DNA from: Verrucomicrobiota bacterium
Lineage (GTDB): Bacteria; Verrucomicrobiota; Verrucomicrobiia; Limisphaerales; CANJXF01
Assembly: GCA_039925885.1 (NCBI GenBank)
Contig: JBDSYB010000129.1
Location: forward strand, 1-49,035
Length of the DNA: 49,035 nucleotides
Direction: 5' to 3'
Shown: piece after piece, positions 26,993 through 36,767 of the stretch
Numbering within the stretch: position 1 is the first letter of the stretch
How the letters are laid out: each line of letters starts with the position of its first letter
The notes under the pieces: generated by a model
Database searches by the model: none
What the model saw: the letters and a program-made list of their open reading frames with translations, nothing else
What the model was told of the DNA's origin: nothing
Program-made: the position numbers and the translations under genes

Positions 26993-29872
26993 TCAAGGAA
27001 CCGCTTTCGCGCGGTAGTAATGTTGCGACAATGCGGCGGCATTCGTTCCCATAATTCGCAAGGTGCCGCCGGACGGCAGCACATTGGTGGCAATCGTCGT
27101 CCAATTCATCAGGTTCGTGGAAATCTGGAGGAGATAAGTCGCTTGCGGCACGCCCGCCAACAGGAGAGAAAATCCCCCGCCGGAAATGCGTTGCGGGTTA
27201 CTCAACTGCGGAGGCGCATTGGTGCTCACCAGGACCGAACTCATTGCAAACGCCCTGCGGCCATCCGGCCATTGCACTTCAGCCTCGACCCAATGGAGTC
27301 CCTCAGGAAGCAAAGGCGTGAAGGTGTAGTTCAAGCTGCCGAAAGTTGGTTCCTGATTGCGCGCTTCCCACACGATCCGCGCTCCGGTCAAGTTGGTCTC
27401 AGCAACTTGCAGAGTCACAGTGACCGGTTGTCCCACCTGTCGCGGGTTGGTTGGAGCAACGATGTTGGCATTGGTGGAGCGCCAAGGTTGCCCCGCCAAT
27501 GAGGTCTGCGCCGCGAGCCATGAAGTGACCGCGAGGCTGCGCGCGGTGTCAGTGGTGGAACCTTCAGTGCCAACGTTCCAATCATCACACCCCCGGTCGT
27601 AATATTGATAGGGTGCCGTGTTCGTGTAATCAGATGGATACGGCAGCGCTCTCAATTCGTTACCATACTGCCAGGTGCGTTGGAATTCTGTTTGGATGTT
27701 GCCGATGGGAACGCCGTCCTTGGGCAAGACGCGCCGGTCGTTGACCGAGTATTGATCCACAATATTGCGCTGCCGTTTCCAACCCAGGCCGGTCAAATAG
27801 GTAACGTTAAGAGGGTTGCAGCCTCCTTCGTAGTTGAGGTTGCGCAGGATGGCGTCGAGATAGGATGGATTGGGATTGAATTGATAGGCCACCACCATAT
27901 CGAAAGCCTGCACGGAAGAGAAATACCAGGTGCCGCCGCGGTAGGCTTTCGTTGACTCAGGAAAACTGGTGCCGTAGGCGTTTTTCTGCGACCAGGTCAG
28001 ATTATCGTTGCCGCAGTTGGTGATGGCGTTGATGCACTTGGCCAGATAACTCGAGTCGAGCTGACTAGCCTGCAACCGTCCGCTCCTTGCTCCCATAGAG
28101 TATGCACGAATCGCATTTCCATTGCAGGCGTACATCCGCCACCAACCCCATTGGGTGGATGCCGGGTCAGTGGGATCGGGGAACCAGGTTTTAAGCAAGG
28201 TGTGATATTGAGGGTCACCTGTAGCTAAAAACATTTCACCAGCGGCCCAAGCCAGTTCGTCCCGGTCGGCAAAAGCGTCGCCGAAGTGCTGAATTTTTTG
28301 ATACGCACCATTCAATCCATGAAGGGCAATAGCATTGGTCAGGAATTTCCAACCCAACTGAGCCTTTGCCCAATAATTGCTCGCCACTTGTGGATAGGCT
28401 TGCTTGAACCGTGGTGACGACGCGCATTGGGCCAACGCGGCGGCGGCTACTGCCGTAGCCACGGTGTTTTTAGGCCACACCACCTCCGGGTCGCCGTTTT
28501 CAGGTAGCACGTCGTCTTCGTATTCGCGGAGTTGAGAATAAGCGGAATAGTAAAACCCTCCGTCGGCATCCTGCATCCTTGCCAGGAAATCCGCCTCCCA
28601 CTTGGCTTCCTGCAAGACATCGCTAATGCCATCGCTGCTTTCAGGAATGCCCAAATTATCCAGTGTGGCGACGCCTGGCAGTGAATCCACTGCGAACATT
28701 AAACCATGGACCAGTTGCGCGGCGTTATACGTCACACGGTTGTAATCGCCCGCTTCGAAATGACCTCCGGATACGTTGATCAATCCTTGATTTACGAAGG
28801 GATACAATTGCGCGGAAGAGTTGGTCAGCCGTGGCGCAATTTGCGGCGGATTCTCGGAATTCACCTCGCTGGCATAGTCAGAAATCGTCGCCCAGGTAAA
28901 TGCGAAAGGCGCGGACGCGTTCGTCGGCACACTCGCAGGGTCGATGTGGTCTGCGGCATGAGTGAAGCGCGTGAACGGCATGGCCACGTTGAAACCGCTG
29001 CGCTGGTGAAACATTCCAAGCGCATAAGTGCGCGCGAAATCCATCCCGATTCCCTCATCAATCCGGAACGGCAACGAGGCACCCATTCCTGGCACCACGA
29101 GGAGATATGCGCCCACCGTCGTGACGCTGCTGAAGTCTGCTTCATAAACCTTTTGATAGGGAGTCGGCGTGTACGTGTAGCCCACATCCGGGCGCAGGGT
29201 GAGCGTGCCTTGATAAACCGTTGCGCCACTCTGCACGTTCACAAGAGAAAATCGGTTGGTGGGAATCGTCATCTCGCCCATGTTTCCGAGGTAATAACCG
29301 ACGCTGGCTTTTTTCGGGTAGGCCGGAAGATAGCCTTCTTGGTTGACATGAATCGCCGGGCTGGAACGAAGCGGGTCCATGACAGCGAAGAATGGTTTAT
29401 TGGTTGACCAGAGAGTGCCGTTATTAACCACCTGAACTGACTGACCACTGGAAACGGGACTGTTCAATTGAAGATAAAGGTGATTCCCAATTCGCAAATC
29501 CCTTGGATCCACCGTCGAATAGAGGGGACGTCGCTTGAAACCAACGTTCGTGATGTTGTTGCTTTGACCGTTGACGATCACTCGTATGCTCGAAAGGTCT
29601 GGCGGCACAAAATTTCCCAGGTCATTCACCCAATCCCAACGATCCACTCGCGCCGGGTCGGGTTGCTTCGTGTTGACGAGGACCAGTTCAAGCAGATTCA
29701 GAGAAAGAATCAGCAGTGTCTGGTCACCCGGTTTGGGCACCGCAAGATAGTCGTCCAACGCCAACGCCCGCTGAAAGTAAAACAAAACAAAAAGTGTCGG
29801 CAAAAAGCGGAGCCAGCGGATTGAAAAACTTTTTAAGGAGTTGAATGTTAAAAATCGAGATCTTCGCGTCAC
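26993..29872 (-). CDS. secreted glycoside hydrolase family 9-like protein with N-terminal Ig-like domain and the shared 73-aa C-terminal domain
   Basis: GTG start at 29872. VNQEGYLPAYPKKA is a CelD_N-like motif. FHQRSG and GGHFEAGDYN (28745-28756) correspond to the GH9 GGWxDAGDY signature, and DADGGFYYS is also present. The C-terminal 73 aa (26996-27214) resemble the tails of the two giant proteins. Confidence 0.65.
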   Translation of the reverse strand: MTRRSRFLTFNSLKSFSIRWLRFLPTLFVLFYFQRALALDDYLAVPKPGDQTLLILSLNLLELVLVNTKQPDPARVDRWDWVNDLGNFVPPDLSSIRVIVNGQSNNITNVGFKRRPLYSTVDPRDLRIGNHLYLQLNSPVSSGQSVQVVNNGTLWSTNKPFFAVMDPLRSSPAIHVNQEGYLPAYPKKASVGYYLGNMGEMTIPTNRFSLVNVQSGATVYQGTLTLRPDVGYTYTPTPYQKVYEADFSSVTTVGAYLLVVPGMGASLPFRIDEGIGMDFARTYALGMFHQRSGFNVAMPFTRFTHAADHIDPASVPTNASAPFAFTWATISDYASEVNSENPPQIAPRLTNSSAQLYPFVNQGLINVSGGHFEAGDYNRVTYNAAQLVHGLMFAVDSLPGVATLDNLGIPESSDGISDVLQEAKWEADFLARMQDADGGFYYSAYSQLREYEDDVLPENGDPEVVWPKNTVATAVAAAALAQCASSPRFKQAYPQVASNYWAKAQLGWKFLTNAIALHGLNGAYQKIQHFGDAFADRDELAWAAGEMFLATGDPQYHTLLKTWFPDPTDPASTQWGWWRMYACNGNAIRAYSMGARSGRLQASQLDSSYLAKCINAITNCGNDNLTWSQKNAYGTSFPESTKAYRGGTWYFSSVQAFDMVVAYQFNPNPSYLDAILRNLNYEGGCNPLNVTYLTGLGWKRQRNIVDQYSVNDRRVLPKDGVPIGNIQTEFQRTWQYGNELRALPYPSDYTNTAPYQYYDRGCDDWNVGTEGSTTDTARSLAVTSWLAAQTSLAGQPWRSTNANIVAPTNPRQVGQPVTVTLQVAETNLTGARIVWEARNQEPTFGSLNYTFTPLLPEGLHWVEAEVQWPDGRRAFAMSSVLVSTNAPPQLSNPQRISGGGFSLLLAGVPQATYLLQISTNLMNWTTIATNVLPSGGTLRIMGTNAAALSQHYYRAKAVP

Positions 29873-30273
29873 GCATTCCTATACGCTTTCAACTCTCAAC
29901 GGTCAAATTGCAGCCGCAACTTTTACCAGCCCCAGCTAACCGCGATGGCAGGCATGGCTGTCATCCGACGGCAATATTGAACGCCCAGTTAGAAAGGCTT
30001 TTGTAAACAAAGTTGTTCTCAGTTATGGTCGTGTTCGTCGCCTGACCGAGGTCACCGAGAAAGTACGCCAGCGTTTCAACAAATATCTCCGCGTTTACCG
30101 TCGCTTAAAAACTCAGTAATTTTTACACCGGAAACTTCACCGCATCGGTCCACTTCATCACGTCTCAACTTTTTCAATTGATAAACTTGATGAACGAATT
30201 CTGGTGCGCTCCAATCTTTCAGAAGGGCATTCCGCTATTCTAATTTCTTAACAGATTCGTTATTGTTCGCGCC

Positions 30274-31524
30274 ATGACCAACTCTGATTCTCAATCTTCT
30301 TCATCGCCTGATAGCGTTCCGAATAAAGTAAATCATCTTTCGCGCCGGGATTTTCTTTGGCGAACCGGCGCGCTGGTTAGCGTGGCGGCGATTGGAACGC
30401 AACACGCGGTTCGCGCCGATGAGAAACCAATTCAAGGTTTTGAGAAAGTGCCGGAGAATCCGAATGCTTCAAAAGATTGGCATCCCATTTCCGACCGGAA
30501 AATTCGCGTCGGACTGGTTGGCTATGGTGTTTGCAAATTTGCGTCGGCCTTTGGTTTTCAAGATCATCCGAACGTCGAAGTCATCGCTGTCAGCGATTTG
30601 ATTCCGGAACGTTGCGCCGAACTCGCGAAGGTCACACGTTGCGCGAAAACTTATCCGTCACTCGAAGAACTGGTTAAAGACGACAAGATCGAAGCGGTCT
30701 TTGTCGCGACAGACGCGCCGCATCACGCGCAACACTGCATCGAAGTTTTAAAACACGGCAAGCATGTCGCCACCGCGGTGCCAGCGGTTTTCGGATCGAT
30801 CAAGGAAGCTGATCGTGTTTTTGAAGCGGTCAAAAAAAGCGGCCTCAAATACATGATGTTTGAAACGTCGGCTTTCCACGAAGACCTTTTCGCGATGCGA
30901 CAAATTTTCAATGCGGACGGGCTGGGCAAACTCATTTATTCCGAAGGCGAATATTATCATTACATGGAGGAGCCGATTGATTCTTACAAAGGTTGGCGTA
31001 TCGGTCTGCCGCCACAATTTTATCCGACGCATTCCAACGCATATTACAATTGCGTGACCGGTGGAAGTTTCACAGAAGTTTCCTGCGTTGGAATAAAGAG
31101 CGCGGTCGAACATTTGAAACCGGCTAACAATATTTACAAAAACCCGTTCGGCACGGAGATCGCCCTCTTTCGCACGAGTGAAGGCGGCTCGTCGCGCATG
31201 GCGGTGAGTTGGGACACGCCCGGTTCCGGCGGGGAAATGGGACGCGTCCGCGGACAACGCGGTTCCTTCTACGGAAAATACGAAGGACTCGAAAAAAACC
31301 TTCCCGACCTTATACGTCCGCCGCTGCCTCCCGGCGTTTCGGCAGGTGGTCACGGCGGTTCGCATGGCTATCTAATGAATGAATTTATTTCGGCAATTCT
31401 CCAAAACCGAAAACCGCTCGTCGATGTCGGCATGGCGCTTAACTTAACGGTTTCAGGAATTGTCGCACATCATTCCGCGATGAAAGACGGCGAACTGTTG
31501 AAAATTCCGCAATATAAAGTCTGA
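30274..31524 (+). CDS. Tat-exported Gfo/Idh/MocA family oxidoreductase
   Basis: Twin-arginine leader SRRDFLWRTGALVSVAAIG. Rossmann motif VGLVGYGVCKF. The remainder is collinear with Gfo/Idh/MocA oxidoreductases. Confidence 0.8.
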   Translation: MTNSDSQSSSSPDSVPNKVNHLSRRDFLWRTGALVSVAAIGTQHAVRADEKPIQGFEKVPENPNASKDWHPISDRKIRVGLVGYGVCKFASAFGFQDHPNVEVIAVSDLIPERCAELAKVTRCAKTYPSLEELVKDDKIEAVFVATDAPHHAQHCIEVLKHGKHVATAVPAVFGSIKEADRVFEAVKKSGLKYMMFETSAFHEDLFAMRQIFNADGLGKLIYSEGEYYHYMEEPIDSYKGWRIGLPPQFYPTHSNAYYNCVTGGSFTEVSCVGIKSAVEHLKPANNIYKNPFGTEIALFRTSEGGSSRMAVSWDTPGSGGEMGRVRGQRGSFYGKYEGLEKNLPDLIRPPLPPGVSAGGHGGSHGYLMNEFISAILQNRKPLVDVGMALNLTVSGIVAHHSAMKDGELLKIPQYKV

Positions 31525-31571
31525 GCGAAGCGCGAGAATAGAATTCAACTCTTGTTGTTTCTTTCGCTCTA

Positions 31572-32033
31572 CTAAATCACATAATCCAGCGCGTGGACCG
31601 GTTCCGTGGCTAATTTTTTCGCGCGCGAACACAAGTCGGCGATGGTCACATTTTCCATCGCATCGACGATTTTTTCGCGAACTTCTTTCATCACATTGCG
31701 AATCGCACAACGCGCCTCGTCCGGGCAGGAACATTTTTCGTAAAATCGTTCACTCACGCAACTGATCGGTGCCAGCGCGCCTTCGATATGCCGTACGACC
31801 GAAGCCAAAGTGATTTCCTGTGGCGGGCGCGCCAGTCGATAGCCACCCGAAACTCCTCGTTTGCTTTCCACCGCGCCAGAACTCTTGAGATCGTTGAGAA
31901 TCTGTTCTAAAAAGCGTTTCGGAATATTTTGTTCCTGGGAAATTGTCTGGATGGAAATCACCGTTTCACCATAATGAAGGCCAAGAACCAACAGCGCCCG
32001 CAATGCATATTCTCCATGAACCGAAAGTTTCAT
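31572..32033 (-). CDS. Rrf2 family transcriptional regulator (IscR/CymR-like)
   Basis: MKLSVHGEYALRALLVLG plus wHTH QNIPKRFLEQILNDLKSSGAVESKRGVSGGYRLA. A cysteine cluster CVSERFYEKCSCPDEARC is present. The ATG is at 32033; the track start at 32039 is GTG. Confidence 0.8.
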   Translation of the reverse strand: MKLSVHGEYALRALLVLGLHYGETVISIQTISQEQNIPKRFLEQILNDLKSSGAVESKRGVSGGYRLARPPQEITLASVVRHIEGALAPISCVSERFYEKCSCPDEARCAIRNVMKEVREKIVDAMENVTIADLCSRAKKLATEPVHALDYVI

Positions 32034-32175
32034 CGCCACGAAGATTGTTAATTCCTATTAAAACAGTCAAGTATTACAAGAGAATGAAATTCCGAGTTAA
32101 TTTTTAATACTCTATTGACTTACATGAGTATTTATTTAATGTCCCGTTGTTGCTGACAATAGAAATAAAACCGAA

Positions 32176-32882
32176 TTGAAAACAAAACTGCCACTGCTCA
32201 TCGCCATTGTTCTTTTGCAAACAACCTTTCTGCAAGCGGATGAAGTCGCTGATGAAATTCGCGCCTTGAAAAAACAAATCGAAGAGTTGGATCAAAAAGT
32301 CCGTGTGTTGGAACGAAAAAATGAAGTGAGCGAAGAAGCCGCCGAAACTAAACTCACAGAAAATCCTCTCGTGAGCGCGGGTGCCGATGGATTTATTATG
32401 CGCTCTGCGGATACGAATTTCACTTTGCGCATTCGCGGCTATGGCCAATTCGACGGACGCGTTTACGCCGATGACAATCTGGCCAACGATACTTTCGTCA
32501 TGCGTCGGCTCCGTCTTGGTTTGGACGGAACCGTTTTTAAATATTACGATTACAAAATTTTGACCAACTTCGGTTCCGGCATCGCGAGTACGCCGGGGAA
32601 CAATGCTTTTCTTCAGGATGCCTTCGTCAATGTTCTTTTCTGGCCGGAATTTCAAATTCAATTCGGCAAATACAAAGAGCCGACCGCCTATCCTCTAGTT
32701 GCGACTTCATCTTCCACGCAGAAAATAACGTCGTGGGAAATCTGACTGAACTTGATCTGAACAATAATCTGAAATTCAATTTTGATTACACCCAAACTCA
32801 TTTTCAGGGCGGAAGCAAAGCAGCCGGTTCCGTGGCGGCTCAGGACGAAAAAGTCTTCATGAGGACGCAGTTTTCATTTTAA
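32176..32882 (+). pseudogene. phosphate-selective porin O/P (OprO/OprP) family gene with an internal deletion and frame change
   Basis: Frame 1 gives a leader, a coiled coil and the first strands (FTLRIRGYGQFDGR...VMRRLRLGLDG...IQFGKYKEP), then loses similarity and stops at 32745. Frame 0 from about 32700 encodes a porin-like C-terminus ending ...KVFMRTQFSF, with its stop at 32880-32882. Roughly 250 aa of barrel are missing. Confidence 0.6.
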
Positions 32883-32907
32883 TTTTTGAATTTGCGAAAG
32901 GAAATTT

Positions 32908-33912
32908 ATGAAAAAATTTATCGCCGCCCTTGGAATTCTTGTGTTCGCAATTTCGACGAACCTCGCGTTCGCCGGAAAAACTTTGCTCAACGTTTCCTAC
33001 GACCCAACTCGCGAATTTTATCAGGAAATCGACACCGCGTTTTCATCTGACTGGAAACAAAAAACTGGCGAGGCGGTGACAATCAAGCAATCGCACAGCG
33101 GGTCTGGCAAACAGGCGCGCGCCGTGATTGATGGTCTGGAAGCGGATGTCGTGACGCTCGCGTTGGCTTACGACATTGACGCGCTTTACGAAAAAGGAAA
33201 ACTCATTCCCAAAGATTGGCAAAAGCGCTTGCCCAATAATAGTGCGCCCTACACTTCGACCATCGTGTTCCTCGTAAAAAAAAGAAATCCAAAGCAAATT
33301 AAAGATTGGGACGATCTCGTGAAAAGCGGGGTAGGGGTGGTCACGTCGAATCCGAAAACTTCGGGTGGAGCGCGTTGGAATTATTTGGCCGCTTATGGAT
33401 TCGCGCTGAAAAAAAATAACAACGATGAAACCAAAGCCAAACAATTCATCGAGCAACTTTATAAAAATGTTCCAGGGCTCGATGCCGGAGCGCGCGGTGC
33501 GACGACAACTTTCATTCAACGCGGCATCGGCGATGTATTGATCGCGTGGGAAAATGAGGCGTTACTCGCGATGAATGAACTTGGAAAAGGTAAATATGAA
33601 ATTATTTATCCCTCGGTCAGCATTCTCGCAGAGCCGCCGGTTGCAGTCGTGGATAAAGTTGTGGACAAGCGCGGGACCCGCGAAGTGGCCGAAGCGTATC
33701 TCCAATTTCTCTACAGCGACGCCGGGCAGGAAATCGCCGCGAAACATTATTTTCGCGCTCGCTCTGAAACGGTCGCTAAAAAACATGAGAAAACTTTTCC
33801 GCAGCTGACGATGTTCACGATTGACGAAGTTTTTGGCGGCTGGCAGAAAGCGCAGAAAACTCATTTCAACGACGGAGGATTGTTCGACCAGATTTCCAAG
33901 AGCCGCCGTTAG
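32908..33912 (+). CDS. sbp: sulfate/thiosulfate ABC transporter substrate-binding protein
   Basis: Signal peptide, then [13 protein letters not shown]...[31 protein letters not shown]...[19 protein letters not shown], which is characteristic of Sbp/CysP. Confidence 0.85.
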   Translation: MKKFIAALGILVFAISTNLAFAGKTLLNVSYDPTREFYQEIDTAFSSDWKQKTGEAVTIKQSHSGSGKQARAVIDGLEADVVTLALAYDIDALYEKGKLIPKDWQKRLPNNSAPYTSTIVFLVKKRNPKQIKDWDDLVKSGVGVVTSNPKTSGGARWNYLAAYGFALKKNNNDETKAKQFIEQLYKNVPGLDAGARGATTTFIQRGIGDVLIAWENEALLAMNELGKGKYEIIYPSVSILAEPPVAVVDKVVDKRGTREVAEAYLQFLYSDAGQEIAAKHYFRARSETVAKKHEKTFPQLTMFTIDEVFGGWQKAQKTHFNDGGLFDQISKSRR

Positions 33913-33919
33913 GAATCAA

Positions 33920-34756
33920 ATGGCGAGCGCGACCAAAAAGAAATTCAATCCGTTGCCGGGCTTCAAACTGACGCTTGGTTTCACGCTTTTTTATTTGAGC
34001 ATCATCGTGCTCCTGCCAATCGCAGCATTGGTCATCAAAACTTTCGGGCTTTCCTGGCGCGAATTTTGGGAACTGGCGACCAATGAACGCGCCATGGCCG
34101 CCTACAAACTGAGTTTGGGCGCATCGTTTGCCGCAGCGTTAGCCAATGCGATTTTCGGAAGCCTGCTCGCGTGGGTTCTCGTGCGTTACAAATTTCCGGG
34201 ACAACAATTTATTGATGGGTTAATTGATTTTCCATTCGCACTGCCGACCGCCGTCGCGGGCCTGACTCTGGCCAATATGTTTTCGGAAAATGGCTGGCTC
34301 GGACAATTTCTTGTCCCACACGGAATCAAAGGAGCATTCACGCCGCTCGGTGTGGCGATTGCCTTGACGTTTGTCGGAATGCCTTTCTCCGTCCGAACGC
34401 TTCAACCAGTGCTGGAAAATTTCGATCGCAGTGTCGAAGAAGTTGCCGCAACTCTTGGCGCAAATCGCTTGCGAACGTTTGTGCAAATTATCATGCCCGC
34501 GCTGCTGCCGACGATTATCACCGGATTCGCTTTGGCCTTTGCTCGCGCGCTCGGCGAATATGGTTCGATTGTTTTTATTTCCGGCAATCTGCCGTTCAAA
34601 ACTGAAATTGCTCCACAACTCATCGTCATGCGGCTCGAACAGTATGATTACACCGGCGCAATGGCGCTGGCCGTTGTACTGATGATTCTTTCCTTTGTGA
34701 TTCTCGGGACAATTAATCTGCTTGAAAATTGGTCCGCACGTTTCGGAAAACAATGA
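33920..34756 (+). CDS. cysT: sulfate ABC transporter permease CysT
   Basis: ATG at 33920. The protein is multi-pass and has the EAA-type loop LEEVAATLGANRLRTFVQIIMPALLP-like segment (SVEEVAATLGANRLRTF). It lies between sbp and cysW. Confidence 0.85.
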   Translation: MASATKKKFNPLPGFKLTLGFTLFYLSIIVLLPIAALVIKTFGLSWREFWELATNERAMAAYKLSLGASFAAALANAIFGSLLAWVLVRYKFPGQQFIDGLIDFPFALPTAVAGLTLANMFSENGWLGQFLVPHGIKGAFTPLGVAIALTFVGMPFSVRTLQPVLENFDRSVEEVAATLGANRLRTFVQIIMPALLPTIITGFALAFARALGEYGSIVFISGNLPFKTEIAPQLIVMRLEQYDYTGAMALAVVLMILSFVILGTINLLENWSARFGKQ

Positions 34757-35667
34757 CCGCTTCCCAAACACAACAAGAGGGAGTTGCCAAATCGCAGCGC
34801 AGCACACAAGAGCCTGCGCTTGTGAAATGGCTGTTGATCACCGTGGCGATTTTGTTTTCCGTCGTCTTTATTTTCCTGCCAATCATCAATGTTTTCGTGC
34901 AAGCATTCTCGAAGGGCTGGTCGCACTACTGGCAGGTTCTTACCCAGCCAGACACACATTCAGCCATTCGACTTACTTTATTGGTCGCCGCCATCAGCGT
35001 TCCATTAAACGTCGTGTTCGGCGTCGCTGCGTCCTGGGCCATTGCAAAATTTGAATTTCGCGGAAAATCAATTCTACTGACGTTCATCGATTTGCCTTTT
35101 TCAATTTCACCGGTGGTTTCGGGATTGATGTTCATTTTGCTCTTCGGCGTGAACGGGCTTTTCGGTTCGTGGCTCGATGCGCACGGCGTCAAAATTATTT
35201 TCGCCATCCCAGGAATCGTGCTTGCCACGATTTTCGTCACGTTCCCTTTTGTGGCGCGCGAACTTATTCCCTTGATGCAATCGACTGGCTCAGATCAGGA
35301 ACAAGTTGCGATGACGCTCGGGGCAAGTGGTTGGCAAACATTTTGGCATATCACGTTGCCATCCGTAAAATGGGGTTTGCTCTATGGAGTAATTCTCTGC
35401 AACGCGCGAGCGATGGGAGAATTCGGCGCGGTATCAGTCGTTTCCGGTCACATCACCGGCATGACCGACACGTTGCCTTTGCGCATCGAAAAACTTTATA
35501 ATGAATTCGACCCGGCCGCGCCGTTTGCTGTCGCCAGTTTGCTGGCTTTGCTCGCGCTGGTGACACTTGCCCTCAAAACAGTTTTGGTTTGGAAATCTGA
35601 AAGAGATGAACGAATTGCGCAGCAATCCGGCATAGCCCTGCGGCTTCGAACTGCCCCAAAAAAATGA
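34753..35667 (+). CDS. cysW: sulfate ABC transporter permease CysW
   Basis: ATGA overlap with cysT. It is a paralogous permease with DQEQVAMTLGASGWQTFWHITLP. Confidence 0.85.
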   Translation: MTASQTQQEGVAKSQRSTQEPALVKWLLITVAILFSVVFIFLPIINVFVQAFSKGWSHYWQVLTQPDTHSAIRLTLLVAAISVPLNVVFGVAASWAIAKFEFRGKSILLTFIDLPFSISPVVSGLMFILLFGVNGLFGSWLDAHGVKIIFAIPGIVLATIFVTFPFVARELIPLMQSTGSDQEQVAMTLGASGWQTFWHITLPSVKWGLLYGVILCNARAMGEFGAVSVVSGHITGMTDTLPLRIEKLYNEFDPAAPFAVASLLALLALVTLALKTVLVWKSERDERIAQQSGIALRLRTAPKK

Positions 35668-36767
35668 GTATCGAGTTACGTAACGTCAGCAAACAATTCG
35701 GCGAGGTTCCGGCCGTGAACAACATCAACTTCTCGGTTCAAGAAGGGGAATTGGTGGCGTTATTGGGGCCAAGTGGCGGTGGAAAAACGACCGTACTGCG
35801 AATGATCGGCGGTTTGGAAATGCCGACGCAGGGCGACATTTTTATTCGCGGCCAGCGAGTGAATGATGTTCCCGTGCAGAAGCGCAACATCGGTTTTGTT
35901 TTCCAAAGCTACGCGCTTTTCAGTTCGATGACGGTTTTCAAAAATATTGCGTTCGGTCTAAAAATTAAAAATTGGAAAAAGAAGGATCGAGAAAATCGTG
36001 TGGCGGAATTGATCCAGCTTCTCGAATTGCAAGGATTGGAAAAACGTTATCCACACCAACTTTCCGGCGGGCAACGCCAGCGAATCGCGATTGCACGAGC
36101 ACTTGCTTCCAAACCAGATGTGCTCTTGCTCGACGAACCGTTCGGTGCCGTCGATGCCAAAATCCGTCAGGAATTGCGTCAATGGCTGGTGAACCTGCAT
36201 CACGACCTGAAGCTTACGACGCTGTTTGTCACCCACGACCAGGAGGAAGCGATGGAAGTGTCCGACCGCATCGTGATTTTTTCCAAAGGCAATCTGGAAC
36301 AAATCGGCACGCCGCGAGAAATCTACGAACAACCGATGAATGAGTTTGTCGCGCGTTTCGTTGGCGTGATGAATATTTTGGAACTCGAAGTGCAAAATGG
36401 CGTCGCGCGGCGCAACGAACTGGAATTTCCAGCGCACGGATCAGCGGCCGGCCAAAAAATGCGGATTGGCTTCCGTCCCTACGCGGTGCAAGTTTCTTCA
36501 GACCTGACGGCCTATCGTTATCACGCCGTTTTGCGACATACCTATTTTCTCGGAGTCATGCTTCGGCTGGAACTGGTGTTGCCCAGCGGCCTTGTTCTGC
36601 GATCGCGAATCAGTAAAGAGGACTACTCTCGATTTGGGTTGGCAGACGGGAAAAAAGTGTCGTTTGAGATTCGGACTTATCGGATCCTCTCCCGCGAAGG
36701 AGGACTCCTCGGCGACGAAGTTGCCACCACCCATGAAATGCCTCCCAGCATCGGTGAGGGGATTTAG
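35664..36767 (+). CDS. cysA: sulfate/thiosulfate import ATP-binding protein CysA
   Basis: ATGA overlap with cysW. Walker A GPSGGGKTT, signature LSGGQRQR, Walker B LLLDEPF, and a C-terminal TOBE-like region. Confidence 0.85.
   Translation: MSIELRNVSKQFGEVPAVNNINFSVQEGELVALLGPSGGGKTTVLRMIGGLEMPTQGDIFIRGQRVNDVPVQKRNIGFVFQSYALFSSMTVFKNIAFGLKIKNWKKKDRENRVAELIQLLELQGLEKRYPHQLSGGQRQRIAIARALASKPDVLLLDEPFGAVDAKIRQELRQWLVNLHHDLKLTTLFVTHDQEEAMEVSDRIVIFSKGNLEQIGTPREIYEQPMNEFVARFVGVMNILELEVQNGVARRNELEFPAHGSAAGQKMRIGFRPYAVQVSSDLTAYRYHAVLRHTYFLGVMLRLELVLPSGLVLRSRISKEDYSRFGLADGKKVSFEIRTYRILSREGGLLGDEVATTHEMPPSIGEGI

Noticed and set aside
29940-30116. A 59-codon open frame ending ...GRVRRLTEVTEKVRQRFNKYLRVYRRLKTQ in the GH9/oxidoreductase intergenic region, considered as a possible gene remnant.
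   Set aside because: It has no ATG, GTG or TTG start in frame after the preceding stop. It is basic and low-complexity, and I recognised no homology.
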